The position numbers and the translations under genes are program-made. From positions 11,123-75,122 of the forward strand of contig JAATFT010000080.1 of the NCBI GenBank assembly GCA_015655075.1: DNA of 64,000 nucleotides, read 5' to 3'. Position 1 is the stretch's first letter. Every line of letters starts with the position of its first letter. Shown here piece by piece: positions 19,940-29,178 of this stretch. Source of the DNA: Clostridiales bacterium (GTDB lineage: Bacteria; Bacillota; Clostridia; Lachnospirales; Lachnospiraceae). The notes under the pieces are model-generated. The model made no database searches. It saw nothing but the letters and a program-made list of their open reading frames with translations, and was not told the origin of the DNA.

Positions 19940-21158
19940 TTAAACAATCTGATGATTTTTGAAAGCACGGTATGCAAATGGCGCAAGTAATACACTTACC
20001 CCAGCCGCAAACACTGGCAGAAACAAGTATGGCCTGACCACCAGTCCGAAAAGCTCGTATTGGATACCACCGATCACGTCCCAGAATGCCATCATATTTG
20101 TTGGGAGGATACGGAACAGATTGTGCAGTCCTGTATTTGCTTCGGAGATATAGACAAACATTGGAACAATCAACAATAGGCCAACAAGTATAATTACACC
20201 GAAAGGCGATTTTAGCCTTGCGGAAAGCAGCATGGTAATTGCCGATGTCATCAGGCAGGCGGAAAAGATGCAGACTGCGAGAAGCAGCGCCGCTTGCCCC
20301 ATGGTCAGTGGGTAAGGCGACAAGGGCATATAAAAGCTGCAGCGGGGCCTCCCCGCCGTCAAAGCCGAAGATACACATGGAGAAGGCATAGCCTGCGGCG
20401 GTAAGTGCAAGGCATATGGCGGCTGCTAGCGAAAAGCCTGTAAACAGCTTGGCCGCAATGAGCCTGTTCTTCCCATGCTTTGAAGCCAGAATGAGCTGAT
20501 CGGCCCCTAGGGTATATTCTCCGGAAAACAGCGGTGCAACACAGATCGCCATTACGAACGCCGCTGCCAGGCCACACGTATACATGATGACAAAGAACCG
20601 TGTATAGCCGCCTGTGTAGGAGAAGGTAAAGGGCGTTTCTATCTGCGCATCCAAAGCCAGCATCTGTTCCTTGGCCTTATTGCTCATGCCCGTTCCCTCC
20701 ACAAGCTGCACCTGCTTATCACGGCGCGTGACGTAAAACTGCTTCACCTGCTCGTCTGTAAGCGCCTGAAAGTCTCCCATATTGAACCGGCGGGACGCGG
20801 TGTCAAAAATGGTGCGGCTGATCAAATAAATTTCACTGTATGGACGCGCAATTGTCTGATATTCCACAGTATCTGAATATTTGTCGGTTTGGGGAATTTC
20901 CACATAGGCACTTACCGCTTCCATGATTAGTTTCCCGTCAAGCTTTCGTCCGGCAAGGGCACGCGCATAGGCCCTATCCTTGACCATGGCGTCATAGTTG
21001 GACTCAAATACTTCACCGTCGACATAAGAGTTTCCAAACAATGTACCCCCGACACTGAAGGCGGAAACGATAACCGCAAGCAGCAGAACCACCCTCACGC
21101 TTTTTTTGTGCAATATCTTTTTGTATTCATAGCCAACCAGGCTCCAAAAGCTGTTCAT
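19940..21158 (-). pseudogene. ABC-2 type transporter permease, +1 frameshift
   Basis: The N-part (..FSGEY..GADQLILASKHGK..) and C-part (YMPLSPYPLT....AFKNHQIV*) join if one base is removed from the T-run at 20332-20335. Confidence 0.8.
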
Positions 21159-22021
21159 TTCGCATTCACCTCACTGAAGTAGTAGAGATAGAGATCCTCC
21201 AGGGCAGCCTGCACAGCTATGGCCGAATCGCAAGGCTTTTCGTCGCCCACCAGCCGCAGGAATACATCTTTGCCTTCCTGCCGCATATTGATAGCGGGAT
21301 ACCTTTCACACAGAGAATCCACCAACGCCTGGGGTACGATACATTCCCACACCCTGCCTTCAATCGTCCGAATGATTTCTTCCAGCGCTCCTTGATGGAT
21401 GAGCCGGCCGTCTTTCATCACAAGGATGGTACCGGCGATATGCTCCACATCCGAAACGATATGGGTGGACAGCAATACGATGCGGTCCGCGCCAAGACGG
21501 GAAATTAAATTGCGAAAGCGCACCCGCTCCTTGGGATCGAGTCCGGCGGTCGGCTCGTCGAGGATCAGAATCTTCGGATCGTTGAGCATCGACTGCGCGA
21601 CGCCAAGCCGCTGTTTCATGCCTCCGGAAAATGTCTTGATTTTCTTTTTTGCTTCCTTTTCCAGGGAAACAAGCTCCAGCAACTCTCGCGCTTTTTCCCT
21701 GGCGCGCAGCTTGGGAATCCCCTTCAGCGTGGCGATGTAAAGCATGAAATCCAAAGCCGAAAATTCCGGATAATATCCGAATTCCTGCGGCAGATACCCC
21801 AGGGCGTCGCGGTAATCCTCGCAGCTTACATCGATTCCATCGTAGGTGATGCTTCCAAAGGTCGGGACGAGCACGCCGCACATCATCCGCATCAGCGTGG
21901 TCTTGCCCGCGCCGTTTGCCCCCAGCAGACCATACACACCCGGATGAAGGGTAAGAGAAATACGGTCGCAGGCGATTTTACTTCCATAGTGTTTTGTCAC
22001 TCGGTCAAGAGTAAGTTCCAT
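21155..22021 (-). CDS. ABC transporter ATP-binding protein
   Basis: GANGAGKT, FSGGMKQR, ILILDEPTAGLD, STH. Confidence 0.95.
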   Translation of the reverse strand: MELTLDRVTKHYGSKIACDRISLTLHPGVYGLLGANGAGKTTLMRMMCGVLVPTFGSITYDGIDVSCEDYRDALGYLPQEFGYYPEFSALDFMLYIATLKGIPKLRAREKARELLELVSLEKEAKKKIKTFSGGMKQRLGVAQSMLNDPKILILDEPTAGLDPKERVRFRNLISRLGADRIVLLSTHIVSDVEHIAGTILVMKDGRLIHQGALEEIIRTIEGRVWECIVPQALVDSLCERYPAINMRQEGKDVFLRLVGDEKPCDSAIAVQAALEDLYLYYFSEVNAK

Positions 22022-22746
22022 GTTCTATCCTCCGTTTGTTTGAGCAAATGGTGTATCTGAATACCAATGAGCGAACTGCTGGCGGCAAACACAAGCAGCC
22101 AGTAGATCAGGAATGGATTCGAATAGAGAAGCTGCATTGTGCTGCTGAAAATTACATTCGCCACGCTGACAAGACAAGCCGCAGCGGCACAGCCGTATAG
22201 GCTTTCACTGCCGCGAGTCCGGCTGAGTATCAGCAGACAAATACCGCAGGTAATGAGATACGGAACCAGCAGGTATATTGCGGCCTGCAGCAGGCTGTAT
22301 GGAGATACCCTGCCGATAAAGGTCAGGAGCAACGCCAAAACAATGAAATTGCCTCCTCCTAAAATTGCCGTGCGCGCCATAATGACCTGCGACAGGCTGA
22401 ACCGGCAGCAAATTTCCAGTTCCGTCATGCGGTAAAACGCAGAACGATAAATTTCCGTAGCCGTCAGCAAAGCCAGAAAGGGCAGGACAGCGGAAATGAT
22501 CCAGATCTTTTCCCCTTCAATATACCAATCTATAGTCAGCGGGGACAAAAAGGCAATAGCCCAGCCAACAAAGGCAATCAGGACAGAAAGCACCCAAACC
22601 CGTTTGCGGATATAGCGAAACTGACTAAGAAAGAAATCCCAACAGGTGGTTTTGGGATAACGCAGCGATTTCAGGAATCGTTCTTTATCCACGGGTTTGG
22701 GTGCTTCAAAGGCTGACTGCAGGGCGTTTTTCAGTTTTTTATTCAT
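21997..22746 (-). CDS. Multi-pass membrane protein (possible anti-sigma or permease partner)
   Basis: About 6 TM segments; translationally coupled to the ECF sigma and ABC ATPase genes. Confidence 0.7.
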   Translation of the reverse strand: MNKKLKNALQSAFEAPKPVDKERFLKSLRYPKTTCWDFFLSQFRYIRKRVWVLSVLIAFVGWAIAFLSPLTIDWYIEGEKIWIISAVLPFLALLTATEIYRSAFYRMTELEICCRFSLSQVIMARTAILGGGNFIVLALLLTFIGRVSPYSLLQAAIYLLVPYLITCGICLLILSRTRGSESLYGCAAAACLVSVANVIFSSTMQLLYSNPFLIYWLLVFAASSSLIGIQIHHLLKQTEDRTWNLLLTE

Positions 22747-23199
22747 TGAAATCCTCCTCTCTAAGCAATGCTCGCAGGGCTGCCAGCGCGGAGCTTGTCC
22801 GGCGGTAAACGGCGAAGCGGGAAATCCCCATGATAACCGAAATCTCTTTTACGGAAAGTCCGTTTGCATACCTTAGGAGCAGCATCTCCCGTTCCTTCTC
22901 CGGCAGCGTTTTCAGCGCCTGCCGTACTACGATTTTAGCTCCAGCATGTCCATGGAATCCTTATCGGGCAATTCGTCGGAAAGCGCCTCCGGCTGTTTTT
23001 TGCAGAAAGCGTCCATGCAGAGATTTCGTGCGATGGTGTAAAGGTAGGCCAGCTGCTTGCCGTGTTCTATATAGGATTTCTGCGCAAAATATCTAAGAAA
23101 GGTTTCCTGAGTCAGGTCTTCCGCCAAAACGGGATCTCCGACCTTATAATAGCAATATCGATGGATTTTATCGTATTGCTCCTGGATATCGACCGACAC
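22739..23199 (-). pseudogene. ECF RNA polymerase sigma factor, -1 frameshift
   Basis: Region 2 (YDKIHRYCYY..AEDLTQETF..YLYTIARN) ends at TAG 22927. Region 4 (ALKTLPEKEREMLLLRYANGLSVKEISVIMGISRFAVYRR) follows in another frame, and one A added to the A-run at about 22933-22936 restores the gene. Confidence 0.82.
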
Positions 23200-23328
23200 T
23201 TGAAAACCTCCTCTCAATTTGTTTAACGGTTTATCGCACTCAGATGTGCGGGAAAAAGAAGAATATTTGCAAATAATTATTTCCTCCTGAAAAACATATG
23301 GAGCGTGTCTGTCCTTTGCCACCGTCCA

Positions 23329-23437
23329 GCTCCCGTGCCGCCGGTTTACGGATCGGCGGCGAACCGTCAAAAAGCGGAGTGTGCACACAAAACATACTTC
23401 GCTTTTTACAGCCTATAGGAAATGGGATTGCGGGAGC
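23329..23437 (+). ncRNA. Candidate structured RNA or repeat (multi-stem junction)
   Basis: Outer stem GCTCCCGT/GCGGGAGC encloses hairpins GCCGCCGGT/ATCGGCGGC and AAAAAGCGGAGTGTG/CATACTTCGCTTTTT; mismatches are G-U wobbles on the + strand. Confidence 0.3.
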
Positions 23438-23747
23438 AAACTCAGTTCCGGTAGATCGGAAGCCCGGCGCAGGCACCCAATACAAGACTCGCCGTATTGG
23501 CAGCCAACACATAAGAAACATGGTGAACTTTCCATGATCTTTAATTAAAACGAACACGCCTGCAATTTCACAATCATCCATCCCACAAATCCGATCACAC
23601 CGCTTAACAGCATAGATGCTCCTAAAATTATCTTTTTTCATACTGTATATCTCCTTTACATATTCTAATTTATAACAAGAGAAATATCCCTCTCTTGTTC
23701 CATCCGTTAGTTTAATGACAAATTGGGCATTTGCAGTGTGATTATAT

Positions 23748-24222
23748 TCATTTTGTTCGGTTCGTAACATGTTGATTGAGAATGGAGAATACTATATATC
23801 CAATAATAGTCCCGATAAAATTCAAGGTAATATCATCAACATCAAAAGAGCCTAACATAGTTACAAACTGGAATACTTCAATTCCAATAATGCCAACAAG
23901 TACCGGCAGCGATGTTTTCCATAACTTTCGGCAGTTTTTGTAGGCCATAGGGAGCAAAAATCCAAAAGGAATAAATGGGATAATATTCCCGGCAATATTT
24001 CTTAGCGCCCACCAGTTTGTTATATGTTTTAACTGCGTTCCAATAGATTGGAATGGCATGAGGTTTATATTCCAAATTCCGCTTATACGATTTTCTTTAC
24101 AGGAATTAATCCTGTCCAAAATCTCTGAAACAGAGCCATTGAACTTTACAACGATAATTATAAATACTAGCGGCATATAACCAAAACAAAAGTACCCAAA
24201 TAGAAAATCTTCTTTTCTTCAT
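23748..24222 (-). pseudogene. VanZ family membrane protein, probable 5' frameshift
   Basis: NLMPFQSI, NIAGNIIPFIPFGF, IEVFQ..GSFDVDDITLN. The upstream ATG at 24222 (MKKRRFSIWVL..) is out of frame with the body. Confidence 0.7.
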
Positions 24223-24321
24223 TTTCTTGCACCTCAAAAGGATAAATATTGTCCTTCAATTTCCGGAATTTATAATAATATTAAATCCTCATGCTTTACA
24301 CTTTGGCTAAACCGCAAAAGC

Positions 24322-24555
24322 TCAACATATAAACGTTCCGTTTCCGTCCATATATCCATCAGATAGACGCGCTGAATATAGAAGGAATTTCCGTCCGCTT
24401 GTCTTTGAACGGAAAGCGATCCCAAGAGCATTGATAAGCTCTGCCATGTAGGTCGATTTCTCTTTAATCAAGCACAGAAACTCTTTCTTCATAATACCCG
24501 CTTCATCATCAACAATCAATATTTTTTGCAGGCGCATTTCATTCCCTCCTTTCAT
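24322..24555 (-). pseudogene. Response regulator N-terminal remnant
   Basis: MRLQKILIVDDE.. then loss of similarity. Confidence 0.5.
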
Positions 24556-24629
24556 TCGGTATTACTCCTTATTATCGAACATTTTTCTGTAAATGACTAC
24601 AATGCCATAACAAAAATGACATCTGTCAA

Positions 24630-24854
24630 TCAGATTGACACATCGCGATTTTTGAAAACAACCACGCTGACAAAGAACAAAGCCACAATGTAAACAAGCA
24701 ATACGGAGATAGAAAAGCCCACTGTCATTTCGGGTCTGGCCGGAAGGTGGAAAATATACAAGCTCATGTCGCTGTTGGCAAAAGGCAGGTATTTGAGCCA
24801 TGCCACTTTTGGGGAGCAACTCCAACAAGCATTTTTTCCAGTGTGCATATACAT
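24630..24854 (-). pseudogene. C-terminal remnant of ABC-2 permease
   Basis: WLKYLPFANSD....VLLVYIVALFFVSVVVFKNRDV terminal motif with no N-terminal part. Confidence 0.6.
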
Positions 24855-24897
24855 TGGAATAGCTTGCCGTTTTGCGGAAACATAAGTTGAAATATTA

Positions 24898-24926
24898 TTG
24901 ACTTAATTCAAAATACATGATAAAAT
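24898..24926 (+). promoter_or_regulatory. Sigma-A promoter for marR-CDF
   Basis: TTGACT, 17 bp, TAAAAT with extended TG. Confidence 0.6.
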
Positions 24927-24971
24927 AGTTTAGTAAGTAAATTAATTTTCTTAACTATATGGAGACGTATT

Positions 24972-25394
24972 ATGAGAGAGATTGGTCAAATATTTTTTGG
25001 TCTATACGATAAGGTTATGCTTTTGCATAAGAACAATGCGAAGATCTCGTCTGTATCCATTCCGGAAATGACATTGAATGATGAATATTACTTAGACATC
25101 CTTTATTGCTTGGGTGAGCCAACCTTTACAGATTTTTCGGAAGCTGCGAAAATCACAAAGCCCGCTGCTACCCAAATTATCAAACGCTTTATTGAGAAAG
25201 GCTATGTCCAGAAAATTCAACTTAAAGAAGATAGGCGCGTCTATCATCTTAAAATAGGCGAAACGGTAAAGCAGTATTTTGATGAAAGCTATCGTTTATT
25301 GGATGATATCTTTGAGAAATGCTTATCTGTACTGGACAAAAATGAAGTGAAGCAATTGAAACATATTTTTTCCAAAATTGACCGCGGTTTATAA
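24972..25394 (+). CDS. MarR family regulator
   Basis: ITKPAATQIIKRFIEKGYV....EDRRV winged helix. Confidence 0.88.
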   Translation: MREIGQIFFGLYDKVMLLHKNNAKISSVSIPEMTLNDEYYLDILYCLGEPTFTDFSEAAKITKPAATQIIKRFIEKGYVQKIQLKEDRRVYHLKIGETVKQYFDESYRLLDDIFEKCLSVLDKNEVKQLKHIFSKIDRGL

Positions 25395-25407
25395 GAGGAA
25401 ATAGAAA

Positions 25408-26313
25408 ATGAAGCAAAAAAAGATTGAACAAAGAACACTGATTATCGGCATAATTTTGAATACGATTATGGCCGTGGCGGGTTGGTGGGTATATCAGGCG
25501 ACAAAAATACAAGCTCTCTTTCTTGACGCGAATTTTTCGCTCATATCCGCGTTATCCTGCGTTGGGGCTATCCTTATATCAAAAAACAGCAAAAAGACAA
25601 GCAAGACATTCCCGCATGGACATTTTATGTATGAACCTCTCTATGCCATTCTGAAATCCCTGTTTATCTTTGGCCTGCTGATATCTGCGACAGTAAGCAG
25701 CGCCATGAAAGCGATTGATTATTTTCAGTACGGAGCCGGGGAAAAAATCATTATTGGTCCCGTGATCCCCTATGAAATTGTCATGGTTATTTTATGCTTC
25801 GGATTATCTTTATACAGCAGATACCAAAACAAGAGCATTAACAACGTAAGCACCATGTTAGACGCGGAAGCAAAATCTAATTTTGTTGACGGTCTGTTAT
25901 CTGCGGGTATCGGGCTTGGCGCTTTGATTATTTCTTTCATAAGCGAAAACGGCCCATTTTCTTTTTTACTATATACAGGGGATATTTTTATAACAATGGT
26001 TCTTGTGTTGTGTTCTGTGAAAAAACCTGTACAACTTTTGAAAGAGGGCTTTATAGAGCTTTCCTGCGGAGTATTAACCGATGAAGCAATTACGCAGCCT
26101 ATCAAAAAGGTAATTCAAAAACATATGCCGACCAATACGGAACTTCATAAATGTGATGTTAGCAAAATAGGAGCCAGCTTTAGGATTTCTATTTACTTGT
26201 CTTATCAGACCGATAGTATATGTGTAAAAGAATTATCCAAGAAAAAGGAGTGTATCGAAAAAGAACTATCCAGTAGATATTCTAATTTAAATGTCAGCTT
26301 CATTTTACCTTAA
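25408..26313 (+). CDS. Cation diffusion facilitator family transporter
   Basis: ALFLDA, FPHGHF.YEP and NFVDG motifs; 6 TM plus C-terminal cytoplasmic domain. Confidence 0.8.
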   Translation: MKQKKIEQRTLIIGIILNTIMAVAGWWVYQATKIQALFLDANFSLISALSCVGAILISKNSKKTSKTFPHGHFMYEPLYAILKSLFIFGLLISATVSSAMKAIDYFQYGAGEKIIIGPVIPYEIVMVILCFGLSLYSRYQNKSINNVSTMLDAEAKSNFVDGLLSAGIGLGALIISFISENGPFSFLLYTGDIFITMVLVLCSVKKPVQLLKEGFIELSCGVLTDEAITQPIKKVIQKHMPTNTELHKCDVSKIGASFRISIYLSYQTDSICVKELSKKKECIEKELSSRYSNLNVSFILP

Positions 26314-26621
26314 ACCGAAAACATATCTTACGGAGGGTAAATATGAATCAAGGCGGTGTTGCGCCGGTATGCAAGTGGTACAAAGAAACCCAGCGGAGAA
26401 AACGAGAGCGTCCGGATAAAGGATATTACTATTTTCTTTCATCAGACTAAGGTATTAAAAGGAGAAACAGAAATCCCCTAAGCGGCTATTCAAAGGCAGG
26501 ATGTGCAGTTTCTGCAGAAATGAGTAAGTGAAGGTTGTCCTTACCATAGAATCCGCTTATAATAAGGATAAAATATACTCTAAAGAAACCAATTGATTCT
26601 ATATTAACACAGGAGAAAACC

Positions 26622-27296
26622 ATGATAAGGATATTTATAATAGAGGACGATCCGGTGATCGCCGGAAAGATCAAACAGCAATTGGAGCATTGGGGACATG
26701 AGGGAGCGATTGTGCAGGACTTCCGAAAGGTGCTTCCGGAATTTGTCGCTTTCGGTCCGCAGCTTGTGCTTATGGATATTTCGCTTCCCTTTTTCAGCGG
26801 TTATTATTGGTGCGGGGAAATACGGAAGGTATCAAAGGTTCCCATTATCTTTGTATCTTCCGCCTCTGACAACATGAATATTGTCCGGGCCGTGGATATG
26901 GGCGGAGATGATTTTATCACAAAACCTTTTGACTTTCAGGTGCTCATGGCAAAGATACAGGCCATGCTGCGCCGGACTTATGACTTTGGTGACAACAGCA
27001 GCCTCATGGAGCATCGCGGGCTGATTTTTAACTTAAGCAACACCACGATGACCTTTGAGGGACAGAAGCTAGAACTGACAAAAAATGAATCCCGGATTCT
27101 TCAAAAGCTCATGGAAAACAAAGGTAAAATCGTCGGCCGCGACGGGCTGATGATGAGCCTGTGGGAGACGGACAGCTTTGTGGATGACAATACCCTGTCT
27201 GTCAACGTGAACCGGCTGAGAAAAAAGCTGGAGCAGTTGGGACTTGAAGATTTTATCACCACCAAAAAGGGGATTGGATATTTGATAGAGGATTAA
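26622..27296 (+). CDS. OmpR-type response regulator (BceR/GraR-like)
   Basis: IIEDD, LMDISLPFFSGYYWC, GGDDFITKPF, FVDDNTLSVNVNRLRKKL. Confidence 0.93.
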   Translation: MIRIFIIEDDPVIAGKIKQQLEHWGHEGAIVQDFRKVLPEFVAFGPQLVLMDISLPFFSGYYWCGEIRKVSKVPIIFVSSASDNMNIVRAVDMGGDDFITKPFDFQVLMAKIQAMLRRTYDFGDNSSLMEHRGLIFNLSNTTMTFEGQKLELTKNESRILQKLMENKGKIVGRDGLMMSLWETDSFVDDNTLSVNVNRLRKKLEQLGLEDFITTKKGIGYLIED

Positions 27297-27298
27297 AA

Positions 27299-28288
27299 AT
27301 GAAAATATTTGCTTCCTATTTATACGATCACAAAAAGAGCATATTACTGTGGCTGCTCTTCGGGGCATTAAACGTCTTTCTGGGATTTCTGTACCGGATT
27401 CCTATGGAAAGGGCATTGTTTTGGCTGATCCTGTGCGGATTTATCGGAGTTGTGGCAGGTGCCTATGATTTCCTTGGATACTACCGCAATCATAGAGAGA
27501 TGACCCTTTTTCAGAAACAGATTCATGTAGCCATAGATCAACTGCCAGCTCCAAAGAATCTGCCGGAGCGGGATTATCACAATCTTTTAAAACAGACGAG
27601 TTGTAATCTGCGCCGGATGGAGGATGCAGCCCGGAAAAACGAGCAGGATATGCTGGACTATTATACCCTGTGGGTGCATCAGATCAAGACTCCCATCGCA
27701 GCTCTCCGGCTGATTCTTCAGTATGAAGAAAGTGAGACTGCCGGAGAGATGAATGTTCAACTGTTTAAAATCGAACAATATGTAGAGCTGGTGCTGCAAT
27801 ACCTACGGCTGGAAAGTCCGTCCACAGACTATCATTTCCAGCAGTTGGAGCTGGATGATATCATCCGTGATTCAGCGAAAAAGTACGCGCCGCTGTTTAT
27901 CAGAAAGAGATTGGCCCTTCACTATGAGGAAGTCCATTGTCAGGTTCTCACAGATGCCAAATGGCTGAGCTTTGTGCTGGAACAGATTTTATCCAACGCC
28001 TTAAAATATACGAAGGAAGGCTCCATTTCCATCTATCTGGAGAACAAGAAAACACTGGTGGTGGAAGACACAGGAATCGGCATCAGCCCTGAGGACCTGC
28101 CACGGATAGGTGAAAAGAATTTCACGGGATATATCGGCCGTCAGGATAGAAAATCCACCGGCCTCGGTCTTTACCTCTGCAAAAAAATATTATCCAAACT
28201 TGGACATACCATTGTCATTGAGTCGGAGCTTGACAAGGGAACCAAAGTCTCCATTGGGCTGAATACGGTTCATTTGGAAACGGAATAG
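27299..28288 (+). CDS. Intramembrane-sensing histidine kinase (BceS/GraS-like)
   Basis: 2 TM with a tiny loop; WVHQIKTP, EQILSNALKY, DTGIGI, STGLGLYL. Confidence 0.93.
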   Translation: MKIFASYLYDHKKSILLWLLFGALNVFLGFLYRIPMERALFWLILCGFIGVVAGAYDFLGYYRNHREMTLFQKQIHVAIDQLPAPKNLPERDYHNLLKQTSCNLRRMEDAARKNEQDMLDYYTLWVHQIKTPIAALRLILQYEESETAGEMNVQLFKIEQYVELVLQYLRLESPSTDYHFQQLELDDIIRDSAKKYAPLFIRKRLALHYEEVHCQVLTDAKWLSFVLEQILSNALKYTKEGSISIYLENKKTLVVEDTGIGISPEDLPRIGEKNFTGYIGRQDRKSTGLGLYLCKKILSKLGHTIVIESELDKGTKVSIGLNTVHLETE

Positions 28289-28292
28289 CCAA

Positions 28293-28330
28293 TCTTACAA
28301 AATTGAAAGATATCGGGGAGAAATGTAACG
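28293..28330 (+). promoter_or_regulatory. Possible BceR-type binding site upstream of the transporter
   Basis: cttaca-aaat-tgaaag and a downstream aaatgtaac resemble TNACA-N4-TGTAA boxes. Confidence 0.45.
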
Positions 28331-28410
28331 CTAATCAATGGCAAGCATTTTCTCCCCTTTGCTATACTTTAGGCGTAAAGAAAACATACAATACAAGAAA
28401 GGGATTTTTT

Positions 28411-29178
28411 ATGACAATATTAGATGTTCGAAACTTAAAAAAAATTTATACGACACGATTCGGCGGAAATCAGGTACAGGCATTATCCGATGTATCCTTT
28501 TCCGTTGATCCGGGCGAATACGTGGCAATTATGGGAGAGTCCGGCTCCGGAAAAACTACGCTGCTTAATATTCTGGCGGTTCTGGATCAACCCACAAACG
28601 GCGAGGTGCTGCTGAATGGGAAGAATATTGTTGCCATCCGGGAGAAGGAGATTTCAGCTTTCAGGCGCAATAATCTTGGCTTCGTTTTTCAGGATTTTAA
28701 CTTGCTGGATACTTTCTCGGTTCAGGATAATATTCTGCTGCCGCTGGTGCTCTCCGGAGTGCCCTATGCGGAAATGACGCACAGGCTCCGGCCCCTTTCG
28801 GAGATGCTGGGGATTGAGAAACTTCTTGGGAAATTCCCTTACGAAATATCCGGTGGGCAGAAACAGCGGGCGGCAGTGGCGAGGGCGCTTATTACCAATC
28901 CCCAACTGGTTCTTGCGGATGAGCCGACAGGAGCCCTTGACTCAAGGGCATCGGACGGACTTATGACCCTTTTTGAAAATATCAATGCAAAGGGACAGAC
29001 CATTCTGATGGTGACCCATAGCATTAAGGCCGCAAGCCATGCCAAACGGGTTCTGTTTATCAAGGATGGAATGGTGTTCCATGAGCTTCACAGAGGCGAG
29101 CTGTCCTCCGAAGCCATGTTCCAGAAAATATCCGACACCCTCACCATGATTGCTGCGGGAGGTGAGTCCAATGAGTAA
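28411..29178 (+). CDS. BceA-like ABC ATPase
   Basis: GESGSGKT, ISGGQKQR, ADEPTGALD, MVTHS; ATG at 28411 behind a GAAAGGGA RBS. Confidence 0.93.
   Translation: MTILDVRNLKKIYTTRFGGNQVQALSDVSFSVDPGEYVAIMGESGSGKTTLLNILAVLDQPTNGEVLLNGKNIVAIREKEISAFRRNNLGFVFQDFNLLDTFSVQDNILLPLVLSGVPYAEMTHRLRPLSEMLGIEKLLGKFPYEISGGQKQRAAVARALITNPQLVLADEPTGALDSRASDGLMTLFENINAKGQTILMVTHSIKAASHAKRVLFIKDGMVFHELHRGELSSEAMFQKISDTLTMIAAGGESNE

Noticed and set aside
23240-23770. 176-aa minus-strand ORF
   Set aside because: No recognisable motifs, runs through a hairpin-rich non-coding tract; at most its 5' part is a gene remnant
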